64,000 bases of DNA from Hyphochytrium catenoides (Eukaryota; Protista; Hyphochytriomycota). The position numbers were made by a program, and so were the translations under genes. The stretch is taken from NCBI GenBank assembly GCA_900088475.1, contig FLMG01001044.1, positions 9,272 through 73,271 of the forward strand, given 5' to 3'. The notes beneath the pieces are model-generated. The model worked only from the letters and a program-made list of their open reading frames with translations. It had not been told where the DNA came from and ran no database searches. This document shows positions 38,001 through 49,800 of the stretch, one piece after another. Every line of letters starts with the position of its first letter. Positions within the stretch are counted from its first letter, which is position 1.

Positions 38001-41000
38001 ATCCAAAAGAAGCCTAAGCCCTGTAAACCTGGAACCTTCTGTTTAGGAGGTGTGGCGCATGACACGACTATTGAGTGGGTACCTAATACTCCCTCGGGTT
38101 CTACTGCACCTCAGCCTTGCATAGAGGGCATGTTCTGCGCAGCGGGTACGGTGTCCCCACAGCCAACTAATGCATGCTATCCGGGTCACTACTGCCCTCC
38201 AAACACAGAGTACCCCATAGAAACACCTCTGGGCTCGTTCAGTGGGACTCACGGATCGGTTGTGTCAACCCTGTGCTTTCCGGGGACTTACGCCTCACTG
38301 ACTGGTATGGTGGCATGTGACCTCTGCCCAGCAGGCTTTTCTTGCAACGGATACGGCATTTATGAGCCAAGTGTGTGCCCTGCTGGAACATACCGCTCCA
38401 TGGCAGATTCGCTGTCCTGTGTTCCGTGTCCCCTTGGCACTTGGTCCCGAGAAACGGGATTGACGGATATTTCCCAGTGTGAGCCTTGCCTTCCTGGCCG
38501 CATCTGTGCTACGAAAAAGTTAACCAATTTAGAGGACTCTTCGCCATGCCCTGCTGGCTATGTCTGCGGCGAAGGAACGGACAGCTCTGGACAGTTTGAG
38601 CATCCTTGTCCGGCCGGCTACTTTTGCTATGCTCAGAGTACCAATCAAGATATTCTATCGCAGCCCTGTCCTGCTGGATTTTATTGTGAGAGAGGTACGG
38701 AAGGCGACCAGTATAAGAAGAATAAGTGTGGGAACAACTACTTTTGCCCTGTGGGCTCTAGTGTCGGAGAAAGTCCAGAAACAGCTTGTCCCAATGGCAC
38801 TACATCGGACTTGGGGTCTGCTTCTTTGAGCAGCTGCGAAATCAAGGTAGTGCCCGTGTGTAGCAAGAGCCCCTTGAAAAGTTACTACCCAAAGTTCTCG
38901 TACACTATCAACAACCGGACCATCAGCTTCGACTCCACGCTACAGACAGGTTACACAGGGGAGGTAGAAGTGGTGAAGAAGATCATGCCTGTCAATGTTA
39001 CCAGATCGAGTCCGCTATGGCAAAACGACACTGCTGACGTGTTGGATATCTGTCCTCGAGAAGGCAGGGGAGGAGGAAAGACAAACATCACTGTCATCGG
39101 CAAACATTTTGCTGACAGTCCATCGCTTACCTGTCACTATATCAGTGAGAAGAGTAAGACTGTGCACGTCAAAAGCGGCGTATACAATTCATCCACTCGA
39201 GTCATTTGCCCCTCTCCAGATGGAAGCGTGGGAGACACTTACACAGTTCATATATCAAACTACGGCCGCCGGGAAAGCACTGCGTTCAGCACCTTTCTGA
39301 TCCTGGATGACACTAATGAAGCTGTGAATCCTACCTGCTTAGAACGACGTTGGGAGGAAGAGCCCACAGACTTTGACACAGGATGGTACCTAATGAGAGG
39401 CATGTCGGAGGCACGCCTCCAGTTTGACTTTAGCCACATTCCGCCGAATATCATTTACGGTCAGCATTTCATGTTGGCGCTCTATGTGACACCAAGCATT
39501 TGCGAGGAGCAGGTATGCTCTGCTTCGAAGGACAAGATCACTACTAGAATGCAGCCATGTCAGCGTCCGATCGACTTAAGTCCATGGTTCAACTCTCCAA
39601 CTGTAGACAAGCACTCGGTCTTCAATATCTCCATCCTGGCCCTGGAAGATTTGCTTCTGAAGGTGGAAGTACAGATTCTTTTCGGGAAGTACCTACCACT
39701 GGAGCCTTACTTCTATAATACGGGCACGGTAATTATAACACATCCTGAAAGGGCCTATGTTTCTATGGGAACCCAGCCAGAGATGAGACCTCTCTCTCCT
39801 CTCGTGTCGCAAGAGGAGCTAGAAGTGCCCCAAGACTACTTCTTCGTAGCGTTTTTCAATCGCTTGGCGCTTCAGTACGTCACTCAGCCATACAACCTAC
39901 CTCCAAAGTTTGCTAAGCTAGAAAAAGGGAGAGTGTTGGTCCGTTACGGTGCTGATGAGACAGAGGACACTGTCATTGATCCTTCTCCTACCGTTAAGGA
40001 TCAAACGACCTACTGGAGCGCCCCAGGCGTGACAGGTGAAGACACAATCAATATGATCGACACATACAGAGAGACCTTCATGCAGTTGAAGGGGACTGAC
40101 TACAATCTTCAGACACTGACTCTTCCATATCTCCCCTTCATAAGCAACTGCAAGGGCTATGACAGCTTTATTCCACTTTTTTCTATTATGGAGAGTGAGA
40201 AGTGCAGCCTTCCCGAAGAGTCTCTCAGCTATCCAGGAGACTGGCAGAGGCGTCGGTATTCGGCACTTCCCCATTTGGATGACGTATATGTTGTCGGACC
40301 TCTTCAAGTACTGCAGGAGCCCATCTCTGACTGGTGTGAGGTGAAGATATCCTGTGCCTATGAAGAAGAGCTGAAACAGAAGGAGACCGAACCGAGGTGG
40401 TTCGAAGCTGAGCAAGATGCAATTCTTTTTGAGATACTCAACTTCCCCATTACCATGAGTCAATACGTCAGTGGTGGGGACCTTAGGGAGCAGGTTATCA
40501 AAGAGTATGGTCGGGATAACCTCATTCCTGTCAGAGTGGACCGAAACGCTGCGCTGGAGGTGGACGGAGGCTGCTCAACTGGCTGCTTTCCTCGTTCGGT
40601 CAAGCTTTCAGTGACCTACTATCAGATTACCGCGCGCACCAAGCGCATTATAAGTGCGAGTCTGGTGCTCAGCAAGTTTGACAAGAACATGCAGGACCGA
40701 AACTATGAGTTCGATGTTGACCTGCAGCCCTTGCCATGGATCGAGCTTGTGGTGAAGTTTGCCTTCGATCAGTATGTCTTCATCATCCTCTTCACCGTGA
40801 TGGGAGGCTTTGCGGTGGTGATAGCGGGAATCTTTTGGGCGTTGACAAGGTTGGTTTATCTCCTATTGGCCTCCCATTAGGCATTCTATCTGCCCTTCTC
40901 TTCATTTACCTGTCGCTAACTGTACCGATTAACACAAAGGTTGATTTGATTACTACTAGCCACCCATTACACATTCTGTCCTCCCCTTCTTTCCGGATAC

Positions 41001-43602
41001 CTGTCGCTGATTGTACCGACTGACACCTATCTCGCCTCCACTCAGGTTGACTACGCGATTGCAGTCACCTCCTCGCTTTCGGTTGTACTCTTACATAATG
41101 TTGGTAGCCCCGCCTTGCTTCTCAGGCGTCGTTCTTGCCCTGATCCCAATATCTATTGAGCTTTTTCTCCTATGGGCTTTCATCAACATGGACCGCGCCG
41201 CGGCTCTAATTGGTCTCTCCTTCGACACATCTCTCTCCTCCCTTCGGCACCGGTATACTCTCTCTTCCCCAGATACCGAGAACGTAGATAGTATCGTAAG
41301 AGGTAGAACAGGGATGGCGTTCATATTTTTCTCTCTCTACATGATGGTCATGAGCGCGAAGCTATACATTCTCAAGCCTGTGTCCATCGAGGAAAAAGAA
41401 GCTGAAGAAGAGGGCGAAGAGAGGGACGAGGAGCTGTGGCAGCCAACTGCGTGGAAGAGAATGCACTTCGTTTTGGTATCTCTCGGTGTAGCCCTCTACA
41501 TGGTCCTCTATCTTGAGTTCTCCTTCTGGAGTCAATTTCCAGACCATATCTGGTTGATCTTGGTTGCTTCAAAAGTGGTTTTCAAAGTCTATGAAAGCGT
41601 AACGGGGGCGCTGATGAAAGAAGATCTATTCACAACGGCCCTGAAAAGTGCTCACGCTATCACCTTTGAGGTGATGACCATGGCAGCCAACGACTTTTTA
41701 GATTTCATCCTTACTTTCTACGTAGTCCTAGGCTTCACAATCCTTGAGAGAGTTTTCGCCGACCCAGCGATTGACGATGCCACGGACTACGCTCAGAAAA
41801 TATTCAAAAAGGCGGCAGCGAAGGTAAAAGCGTTTGTTGCAAAGTTGAGGAAGAGGAAGTCAGGAATCAGAGAGAAAGCAAAGGAAAAGAAAGAAGCTGC
41901 CAAGAAAGGCGAGAATAAGTCAAAAGCAGGAGGAACAGATGAAAAAGAGACTGACGAAGAAGAGGAAGATGACAAAGAGGGAGAGACTGTGGAACCCATT
42001 CTCGATTCCCTCAACGGTTACGCTGCGGACGCTCTAGCTTCCATTTACGTGCCATTTCTCTTCGCCATTGTCATCTGGTTCGACAATGAGACGCAGTTTA
42101 CCGAGCTGTATAACATCAGAGATCAGGATATGATTTACTATCTATTGTTTGGAGTGATCATCATCCCGTTCCAATACGTTGTTGATGTCCTCATTCACAA
42201 CGGAGGAGAACTCTTCCATGGTTGGAAGGTGTACGACTATCTCGTCTACGCTCGTTATCGCTACCTTCAACGAGAGACGCGGTGGAAAGGCTTTGAGGAT
42301 ACTCAAGATGAATGCATAGAGGAGGGACTTCGGTCGCTTGACCAGATGTGCTTCTCTTCTCAGATGTATGCAATGTGCACCGTCCATACGACAGCCATTG
42401 TCTTCTTTACCCTTGGTATCGACATCATCATCCGATCGGACTACATACTCTTCGCCGATCCTGCTCTCCTCATAATTCTTCCTTATGTCTACGTGTCCTG
42501 TACGGTGGTCAAGCAACTAGTCATAGTCCTAGGCATTGTCCTACCTATCTGGAGGATCAAGCATCAAAAGACCGCGTGGCTCCAGGGAGAAGAAGAGGAG
42601 GAGTTGGGCCTTCCAACATTTGATGAACTGGAACAATTGAAAGGAGCTAGTCACGAGGAGTTCCTTATGAACCAGCGCCTAACCTCTGAAACGTTTAGGC
42701 ACAAATTCCTTAATTATAACCGGGCATGGCTAGTTTCACAGCTTCCCAACATCTTGACGCCTCGCACTCTACGCCGAGGCCGGCCATACCTCATTCAACA
42801 GCTATCCAAGATCCTGGGGTCTGTTAACCCAGACATCTCCGATGACTCAGAGGATGAGGGCATGAAGTTTGGTGCCGTGGCTCTGTCAGCTCCTGCTCGT
42901 ATTATGATTAGGCTCTGGCTGGCTAAGGCAAGGCGTCGGCGGCGTCTGATTGTCGCTGTGCAGCCAATTATAGCAGCCGCGCGGAAGGTGGAATGTGAGA
43001 TTTGTCTCAGTCGAAAGCAGCTGCAAGTGGAGCTTGTGACGCCTTTAGAAGAGTTAGGGGATAAGTTTGAACAGCAGTTTCCCTCTGAGGAGTTTGATCA
43101 GGTTGCATGGAAGCAATTTTTTCAGAAGCATGCCCGGATGCGAACCATATGTCTCACCTGTTCTGGCGTAGAAAAGACCAGAGAACAAACTGAAGTTGGG
43201 GCTGGCGGAGGCCGAGCAAGGCGCTCGGTTGGCAACGCAATGCCATCTGCCTATCAGCCACAATTTCCTCCAGTCTATCTCAACCCGACCTCGAAGCTCA
43301 TCATGCTCTCCTGGTACCGCAAAGCTCAAAGCCGGGTCTTCGGCGTCTTTGGCAAGAAGCGGGCCCAGGTCAACGTTAGCGATGACTCTGAAGACGACGA
43401 TGCAATCAACCAGTTTGAGTGGGCTAAGAGACCTCTTAATCTCAATCCAGCATCAGTGGCTATTGCCAAAAAATGGCTAGGAACTGCCCGACAGTTGACT
43501 AACCAGAAAGAAGTAAGAGCGAGCGAGGCATCTTTACAGCTGCCCAAGCAGCAGAGGAAGAAGCCTCCTAGCAAAGGGGGAAGCAAATTAAAGAAGAAGT
43601 AG
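17043..43602 (+). CDS. Giant (~8,630 aa) multipass membrane protein: signal peptide, 3 beta-sandwich repeats, cadherin-like repeats, ~55-60 IPT/TIG domains, GCC2/GCC3 Cys-rich repeats, ~10-11 TM, cytoplasmic tail
   Basis: Manual splice model with GT-AG junctions and compatible phases: 17043-17127, 17258-17881, 17949-19829, 19891-20163, 20223-20483, 20556-20816, 20890-40849, 41046-43602 (sum 25,902 nt = 8,634 codons including stop). It joins the 201, 616, 109, 252, 6643 and 863 aa ORFs. Motifs: IPT consensus P.I..I.P..G...GGT.V.V.G..F...L.C.FG..V.A..VS...I.C..P...V.V.VS.NG.DF, VNDPP/VNDAP cadherin-like motifs, CP.G.YC repeats. An in-frame upstream ATG at 16995 is an alternative start. Confidence 0.88.
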
Positions 43603-43811
43603 CTTTACCAGTAGGTTCTAACAGAAGTCTTCTCCCTAGATCGTTATATGTTTGCCATGGACGTCCATATTACCCTATGACACTGATCATTCCTTATCTA
43701 TAAATTTAAGCCATCCTCTGTCAATCCACAGTGTCCTGTCTCTTCCAAACTTTGCAAAGCCTAGCATGGACCACTTCCGCCACACACGGATACGTAACTA
43801 GTCTTGCATTA

Positions 43812-45669
43812 TTAATTAATGTTAGTCATCAATGCAACGTCCTCGGAGCTACGCCCTCTCGCTTTCTGTCCTCTGCCTCCACCTAAGAAGGACTTCGCAC
43901 AGTCTTTCAAAAGAGAATACTGCACGAGGCAAGAGGAGAATAGCGCGAGGAAAGGAAAGACTGCTGCAGATACGGGCGATGTCCAAATATCCTGGGTAAG
44001 CGCCCATACTAGCAAGAGGCAGCCACCAGACTTTACCACGCGCCAATATTGAGACGCAAAAAGCGACTCCGGAAAGCCAGATAAGATTAAAAGCATAGAT
44101 ATTAGCAGCAACATTCCTAGAGAATGGTAGCCAATGAAGAGAGCAAACGCAAAAGTAGGATGGAGATACGGCGGAACGCAGAGATAGCCCAGAGCGTACG
44201 CAAAGATGACACCTGCCATCGCAATGCCTTGGGAAGGCACTTTCTGTAAAAGCACAGAGCTTTGTGCTATGTAGCGCCTATAGGCTGGCGAGGACCGAGC
44301 CCGAACTGTCAGAAAAGGTATCAGCCCAAACAATGCGCACAGAATGCCTCCCCGGGAAAGGAAGAGAGGGTAAGGAGAATCGTTGGACAGTTCTATTCGG
44401 AACTTGTACCAGCGCCAGTGGAGGTTCCAATAGACGTAAGGGACCCAGTACCAAGGATACATCTTCCTAGCTGTGTATCCAAAGGAGAGAGAACGACCTG
44501 GGATGTCACCCTGCACTTCAGTGCAGACATAGATGTCGAAGCTCCTCCTCTCATAGTAGAAGAAGTGGTTGATGTTGTACCAGAAAGGCAGGCGCTTCAC
44601 GAGAGCAGACTCTCCTCCAATCGCAGTTTCAAGATGACTGCCTGCCTCGAAGAGAGGACCCATCTCGATGGCCGAAAACAGCCTGTTGGGCAGAAGTGAG
44701 ATTCCAGTCATGGACTCGTTTGCCTGCCAGGTCACTCCTCATCTCCTGCCCTCTATGTAGGCTGACACTATCATCCTTGAATTCACTCAAGACAAACCCT
44801 GTCTGTTGCCCAGTCTCTCTCCCGCCTCTTCCACCTATCCCGTCTGATAATGCCTCTACCCCGTCTCAATCCTTACTCTTACTCCGTAGAATCATTGTCC
44901 TGTAATACCTGGGAATAAATCCCTGATCAATGCCTTTAAGCAAAGGGTCTTGCGCTTCCATGTCGACTAGCGCACCTTTTACGAGGTCCAAGGTCGCATT
45001 GTGCCCCGGTGTGACGACCCAAAGACCGATCGCATACACGAGAGGGTTAATGTGAACCGCACAAAATGGCCCGCAGGTGAAAAGATCATCCATATTGTAC
45101 AGAACTAAGTTCTCTGGCTCCAGATACACAATCCGCTCGTAGTTGACAAGCTCCCAGAGCCTCAGCTTATTATACGAGTGCTCCAGATGGGCACGCCTGT
45201 CCGTCCTCGACGTCTAACAAGAAGGAGTATTAGGGTCATCGAAGGGGTTAACAACTGACTCCACCAAAAGTAACTGAGGTACTTCTAGGACAAAAGAAGC
45301 GTAAGCTCGACGACTTACTCGAGCAAACGGGTCTTTGATATTGAGCTTCACAACCTTGGCTCCATCGCGCGTCAGTACTTCCTCTGTCTCTGGCTTGGTG
45401 GCCTCAGGCACCAGTACGACCACGTCAAACCTCGTCTCGGTCTTTAGTAACGAGCGAAGCAACACTCGAGTAGCAAGCAAGAAACCTTCAGATTCACTGC
45501 CGGCATCGTAGTGAATCGTTGCGTAGGCGAAATGCCCTGTTCTTTCAGTGTATGGTGTCGCCTTGCCCTTGTGAATGGTCTTTGAACTGCACAGCAGGAC
45601 TAAGACGGCAAGAAAAACGAATGGGATCCGCCGATGGCAGCTATTTCGGCGGCAAGATGCTGGCGCCAT
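43812..45669 (-). CDS. GT8 glycogenin-like glycosyltransferase, plant PGSIP7/PGSIP8-like, with C-terminal multipass TM region (3 exons)
   Basis: N-terminal hydrophobic segment, then AYATIHY..F.LATRVLLRSL, DGAKVVK, NKLRLWELVNYERIVYL, DDLFTCGPFCAV.INP, G.DQGFIPR|LFS..PLF, RLPFWY and YPWYW. These follow PGSIP7/8 motif order, then several TM helices. The DxD position reads EPE. Confidence 0.82.
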
Positions 45670-46501
45670 TATGTTCCACTTCCTTCGTGGATGTACTATG
45701 TACTCCTAAGATGAACAAGTTTGCTGATCATGAGAGTCAGCGGTATTGCTTAGTGCCCGCAAAGGGGCATCAATGTTCACTCCTTCGCGACCATTTGCAG
45801 AGTTGATAGACTACACTGGGTAACAATAAGCAATCCCTATACTCAGTAGCTGCAGTGTCAGCAGAGGAGCTCGTAGACCCGCTTGTAGGCTGACGATGAG
45901 CCTGCGATGAGCCATGTTCTGTCTATCTGCCGCGCTGCTGACGGCTGCGGCTGCGGCAGTCGGCACTCGCTTGGGCTTTGTCTGCAGTCTGCACTCATCG
46001 CTGAAGAGCCCAAAAGCCATCTGTAAGAATCAGAACTGAAAGCGGCTATCATAGGAGGATCTGTTACATGATAAACCAACATTCAGTCCATTATAGTTAT
46101 CAAAACCGCCGAATCTCTGTTCTGTGTATTTTCTACAAGTACGAGGTACAGTCAACGACTTCTCCAACGGTAAAGCGACAATAACAGGAGAAGGTATACT
46201 ACTAATGCGTTTGTCATGCATAAAGCAATAATAGACTAGTTTAAAAGATGGTCCTTGTACTCTTACGAAGGGATTATGGTGATAATATTAGGCGCCTATC
46301 TGGAGGACCAAAATGTGACAGCAATGCGACGAGTGACAAGTGCGAGACAGAGTGATCAAGAGCGGTGATCAAGGGGTCACTAACGGCAAACCTTCGAACG
46401 AGACAGAGCGGCATGGAGGTGAGCCGGTGACCAAAAGACAAGGAATGAACGGACCAGAGAATAAGGTATCTTATCCATCATCTTTTTCTTCTTTCCAGTT
46501 G

Positions 46502-46503
<2 letters not shown>

Positions 46504-46546
<43 letters not shown>
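46504..46546. repeat. (CT)n microsatellite upstream of the peptidase gene
   Basis: Uninterrupted CT dinucleotide run. Confidence 0.95.
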
Positions 46547-46550
<4 letters not shown>

Positions 46551-46803
46551 TCTCGCTCTCTTTCTGTCCGCTTGCTCACTCTACTTCTCCTCTCCTCCTT
46601 TCCTCACATCCCGTCTTCACTGTCACTTACTTTCTCTTTATAACTCTTCTTCAACCAGGCATGACAAGCATTTCCTGCTGTTGAGATGAGGGTAAGGTAA
46701 GACGTCAAGCTCCCTCATCACCCAGAACAAGATTTGCCAGGCTCTAAACCTCTCACGGGCGGCTTGTAGCGCATACACTTGGTCCTCAGTCACTCCCACA
46801 GGC

Positions 46804-49800
46804 ATGAAGCTGCAAGCAGGACTCGCACTCACTGCGCTGCTTAGCCTTTGGGGAGCGACGTCGGCATGCACTTCCATTGGAGTGGGGAAGCTTGCCAGCA
46901 CGGACGGCTCAACGTTTGCCACTCATACCGCTGACAGCAAGACCGGAGACTTCCGAGCCATCAGAGTGCCACGAAACTATCATCTGGGTGCTGAGAGGCC
47001 TGTTTATCCGGGCTCTCTGACCTTTCCTAGATACGTCGGGTCATCTCGGGGAAAGAATAACTACAAGCCGCGGGATGGAGAGGAGCCAACAAAGCCAATC
47101 GGTTATATACCGGAGACCAACAGGAGTTATACGTATGCCTACTATGACGCTATCTATGGCGTCGTCAACGAGGCCGGACTAGGTAAGGTGAACCCTGGCG
47201 CCCTTTCTGTCTCCCTCGCCTGTATTCTTCTAAGCAGACTTACCTAGAGGGGCGTCGACCTCTCAGTGGTTAATCCTGCATATGAGCATCACAGTTCTGT
47301 CTCTCTAGTGTCTGACACGAAGGATCCTTTGCTTCTTGAAGAAAGAGAACACCCTCTCACATTTTCACTCCTCCATTGAACGCGTCGCAGGCATCGGCGA
47401 ATCCACATGTGGCGGAAAGATCTTTGCCGCTATTCGGCCCAATGGCAAGGCATTGATGACTATTGATGAACTTACGCGCACCGCCCTCGAGCGCTGCGCA
47501 ACGGCCCGTTGTGCGGTAGAACTTATGGGTGACTTAGCCTACAACTACGGCTTTGCTGCGGCCGAACCGGTGGCCGCGGAAGCAGGAGAAGCACTGGTGG
47601 TCAATGATAGGGAGGAAGTCTGGGTTTTCCACGTGACTGCAGGCGATTTCGAGGGCCGTCACGGCGTCTGGGTAGCTCAGAGACTGCCTCACGACCACAT
47701 CACGGTGGTGCCAAACTTCTTCGTCATCGGAAAAGTGAACCTGGCAGACACCGATAACTATCTGGCGTCTCCTAACCTCTTCTCAGCTGCCAAGGAGAAT
47801 GGGCTTTGGAAGGAGGAGGACGGAGAGTTTGAGTTCAACAAGGTGTACGGCAACGATCCCATGATCTATTCCTCCAGACGATGGTGGAGAGTCTTCTCCC
47901 TCGCTGCGCCCTCTCTAGCACTCCCTCCGACCCAAGACTACTATCCATTTTCTGTGAAGGTGGAGAAGAAAGTCTCAGCTGAGGATCTGATGTGGATGAA
48001 TAGAGACCACTTTGAGGGCACTCCCTATGATCTCACGGCAAGCGTAGGTGGGTAGTAGACAAGGAGTCCGGCAGGCTTCTGCAGCAGCAATTGGCATAAT
48101 TATTTCTTCTATTCTCTGCTTTGCCCTTGCGTTCAGGTGGAGGTCCTTTTGGAATGGCTGATCGATGGGAGAATGAGCCTCGCCTGTCCTGGGAACGTGC
48201 GATATCTATCCATCGCACACTGTATAGCACAGTGATACAAGCGAGACCTCACAAGCCAGGTAAAATGAGGAGAACAGCTAGAAGCCTATGCGCTCTCTAA
48301 AAGAGTTCTGGAGACGTTGTTTTGAAAGAAGGAATAAAGTCAGTTGCTAGGCTAGAGCTGGGAGGCGAAGAGGTTTTCATGAAAAGTACTCTTGGGAGAA
48401 TAGGGAGAATAGCCTTGTTATCTCAACCAGGGGGAGAAGAGAAAGATGACACGGGTCTCCCGATTGAGATCCTTATGCTGTCTTTCGTAGGCTTTTACGG
48501 CACTATCCTTTGGTTCGGCTTCGATTCCCCCCACGCGTCGGCTTACACGCCCGTATACGCGGGCAGCGAGGGAATGGGAAAGCCCTACAGCACAGGGTAA
48601 GTTTTGCCATCTAATAGTTCTGATCGTAGTACTGCCTCAATGTTCCACCCAAACAACTACCTTTGGTTCTGTTACTCTCGGCTTGGCTTGGGTGGCTCTC
48701 CTCACAGATGCACAGAGTTCGCTGACCGCTGCTTGGCCTCGACGGACGGTTACGTTTCCGTCTTCCTCGTTATTGTGTCCTTGTCTCTCTCTCTCCTCGT
48801 AGGTCCCAGCTGCTGTACACCTCTGACAGCATGTGGTGGGTGAACAACCTCCTCTCCAACTATCTTAACCTTCGGTATAAGTGTATCATTGGGGACATCC
48901 AGACGAAGATTAGGGAAGTAGAGACCCGGGCATTTCAAGAGATCGAGGAGGTGGATAGAAAGGTGGCCAAGGCGATGGAGAAGGATGAGGAGGTAAGGGA
49001 AACGAAGGAGAGCGTGAGGGGCAGTGAGATTGGGCAAAGAAGAAGGAGGTTACATGCTTCCTTGGAAAAGGCAATGAAGTGGTGCAGCATCGCACACTTG
49101 CCTTCCTCTTGGGAGGCCTTATTAGAGGTAGTCACAGGTCAAAGTAACGTCTAGCCAACTGGAGAGGGGAGGAGAGCGAGGACAGAGGAAACCTTTATGA
49201 AGACGTCATCCATAGTTATTATGTAGCGGAAGGGTCCCCTCATTCTGCTGAAAGGGTATTCTAAAGGAAGAAAGGGAAGAAGTTGAAGAGAGATAGACTG
49301 TAGGATGACTCTCACTTTCTCCTTTATTTCTCTGTTAGCATCTGGCTCGGCGGATTGTCTCAGAATACACCGAGCGGGCTGCCGTGCGCCTTCATCGGGA
49401 ATGGCAGGAGCTCTCATCGCTGGTGTTTACCAAGTACAATGACGGATATGTCAATCTGCCGACCGTGGGAGCAGACTCTTGTGCCTACCCCGTCTGGTGG
49501 CACGACCTACAGATCCAGGTAAGGGCACAACTTGGCAAGTTGACTCATTCCAAGACAGCGTTTTCAGCTCTATGGCTCGTAACTCCTTGCCTATACTACT
49601 TCTTCCGACTAGTAGTATTGAGAGTGTCTACTCTGGCAACTCTCTATCCCTGCATTCTTAGATGAGACCTTTCGGGACGCCTAACACAGCCGCCTTTCTC
49701 TGATGACGCAGTACGACGCTCAGAAACTGGCCTCTCCGACTCCATCTGAGATATCCGCAGAAAGTTCTTCCGTCGACATCGTCAAGCTCGCAAACAGCAG

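Noticed and set aside
20973-43586. Numerous short antisense and alternate-frame ORFs within the giant gene
   Set aside because: Expected shadow ORFs of a long coding exon; no independent motifs
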